Shown here in pieces: positions 23,586 through 24,000 of a stretch of 24,000 bases of DNA. Both the position numbers and the translations under genes were made by a program. The DNA is from Angustibacter sp. Root456 (GTDB lineage: Bacteria > Actinomycetota > Actinomycetes > Actinomycetales > Angustibacteraceae), in assembly GCF_001426435.1 (NCBI RefSeq), contig NZ_LMER01000020.1, positions 729,677-753,676 of the forward strand. The letters run 5' to 3'. Under the pieces are notes generated by a model. It ran no database searches, was not told the DNA's origin, and worked only from the letters and a program-made list of their open reading frames with translations. Every line of letters starts with the position of its first letter. The first letter of the stretch is position 1.

Positions 23586-24000
23586 TCAGCGGGTGGGGCG
23601 GGTGCCCGCGCCGGTCGGGCGGCGCGCCTGGTCGGTCGGCTCGGTCGGGCCGTCGTTCGCGCCTGGGTGCGTGGTGGGAGAGCCGGTCGGGTGCGTGGCC
23701 GGGGCCTTGGTGGGCCGGTGGGTCGAACCCGGGTTCGACGTCGGCGAGCCGGTGGGGTGGTCGGCGCTGCGGCCCGGCAGGGCGACGGTGCCGCAGTAGG
23801 TCGCGATGTTCGCCGCGCCCCCGGCGGCCTGGGCGAGGTTGCGCCAGGCGGGAGCGGAGGCGTCGGGCGTGTGGCCGGCGCGCACCTGAGCGGTGTACGC
23901 GGTGCACAGGCCGAAGGCTGCGGGGCCGGTGGCGTCCGGACCCACCGGCGTGGCGGACGGCGAGCTGGTGGGCTCGTCGGTGGCCGTCGCGGCCTCGCTG
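23586..24000 (-). CDS. partial CDS (C-terminal part; continues beyond the window): putative secreted protein with two Cys and a Pro/Thr-rich HPTGSPT repeat tail
   Basis: The frame stays open with GC3 near 100% through position 23999, so the track start (a GTG) is probably internal. The sequence includes ...AAFGLCTAYTAQV...AAGGAANIATYCG... followed by HPTGSPTSNPGSTHRPTKAPATHPTGSPTTHPG. Confidence 0.55.
   Translation of the reverse strand, partial: SEAATATDEPTSSPSATPVGPDATGPAAFGLCTAYTAQVRAGHTPDASAPAWRNLAQAAGGAANIATYCGTVALPGRSADHPTGSPTSNPGSTHRPTKAPATHPTGSPTTHPGANDGPTEPTDQARRPTGAGTRPTR

Overview
This window is high-GC (roughly 70%+) actinobacterial chromosomal DNA, and it looks like core genome rather than an accessory island. 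I found no transposase, integrase, CRISPR array, rRNA or recognisable defence system, so I cannot support a clear novel multi-gene system. What follows is a set of smaller, testable oddities.

Gene content, left to right:
- DUF3073 protein, Val/Leu dehydrogenase, a conserved unknown protein and BldC. As far as I recall, this arrangement matches the Streptomyces bldC neighbourhood.
- Pirin, a 56-aa acidic hydrophilic protein, a TRIC/UPF0126 channel and a 2-TM membrane protein.
- An Rv0079/RafH-like dual-domain ribosome hibernation factor and a small lipoprotein.
- A co-oriented tRNA-Glu/Asp/Phe cluster.
- An aldo-keto reductase and a HExxH zincin-like protein.
- A HisKA_3 kinase plus NarL-type regulator, divergent from an ABC-2 ATPase and permease.
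- A bacterial type IB topoisomerase and a PlsC-like acyltransferase.
- sirA-cysH (ferredoxin sulfite reductase and Fe-S APS reductase).
- A GAF-PAS-GGDEF-EAL protein and a DEAD-box helicase.
- A frameshifted MFS sugar porter and a partial Pro/Thr-rich secreted protein.

Most interesting observations:
1. A perfect DosR-type palindrome (GGGACGTACGTCCC) lies upstream of the RafH-like gene, and a near-copy lies upstream of the GGDEF-EAL gene.
2. The 519-bp spacer between tRNA-Asp and tRNA-Phe is built from the 3' ends of two unrelated genes.
3. There are many unrelated short intergenic tandem repeats. One is five CAGCTG sites phased at exactly 10 bp, starting at the bldC stop codon.
4. A repeated GTGATCATGCA element forms a roughly 70-nt hairpin at one locus.
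5. A 1-nt deletion disrupts the sugar porter.

All functional calls come from reading motifs by eye. No database search was run.
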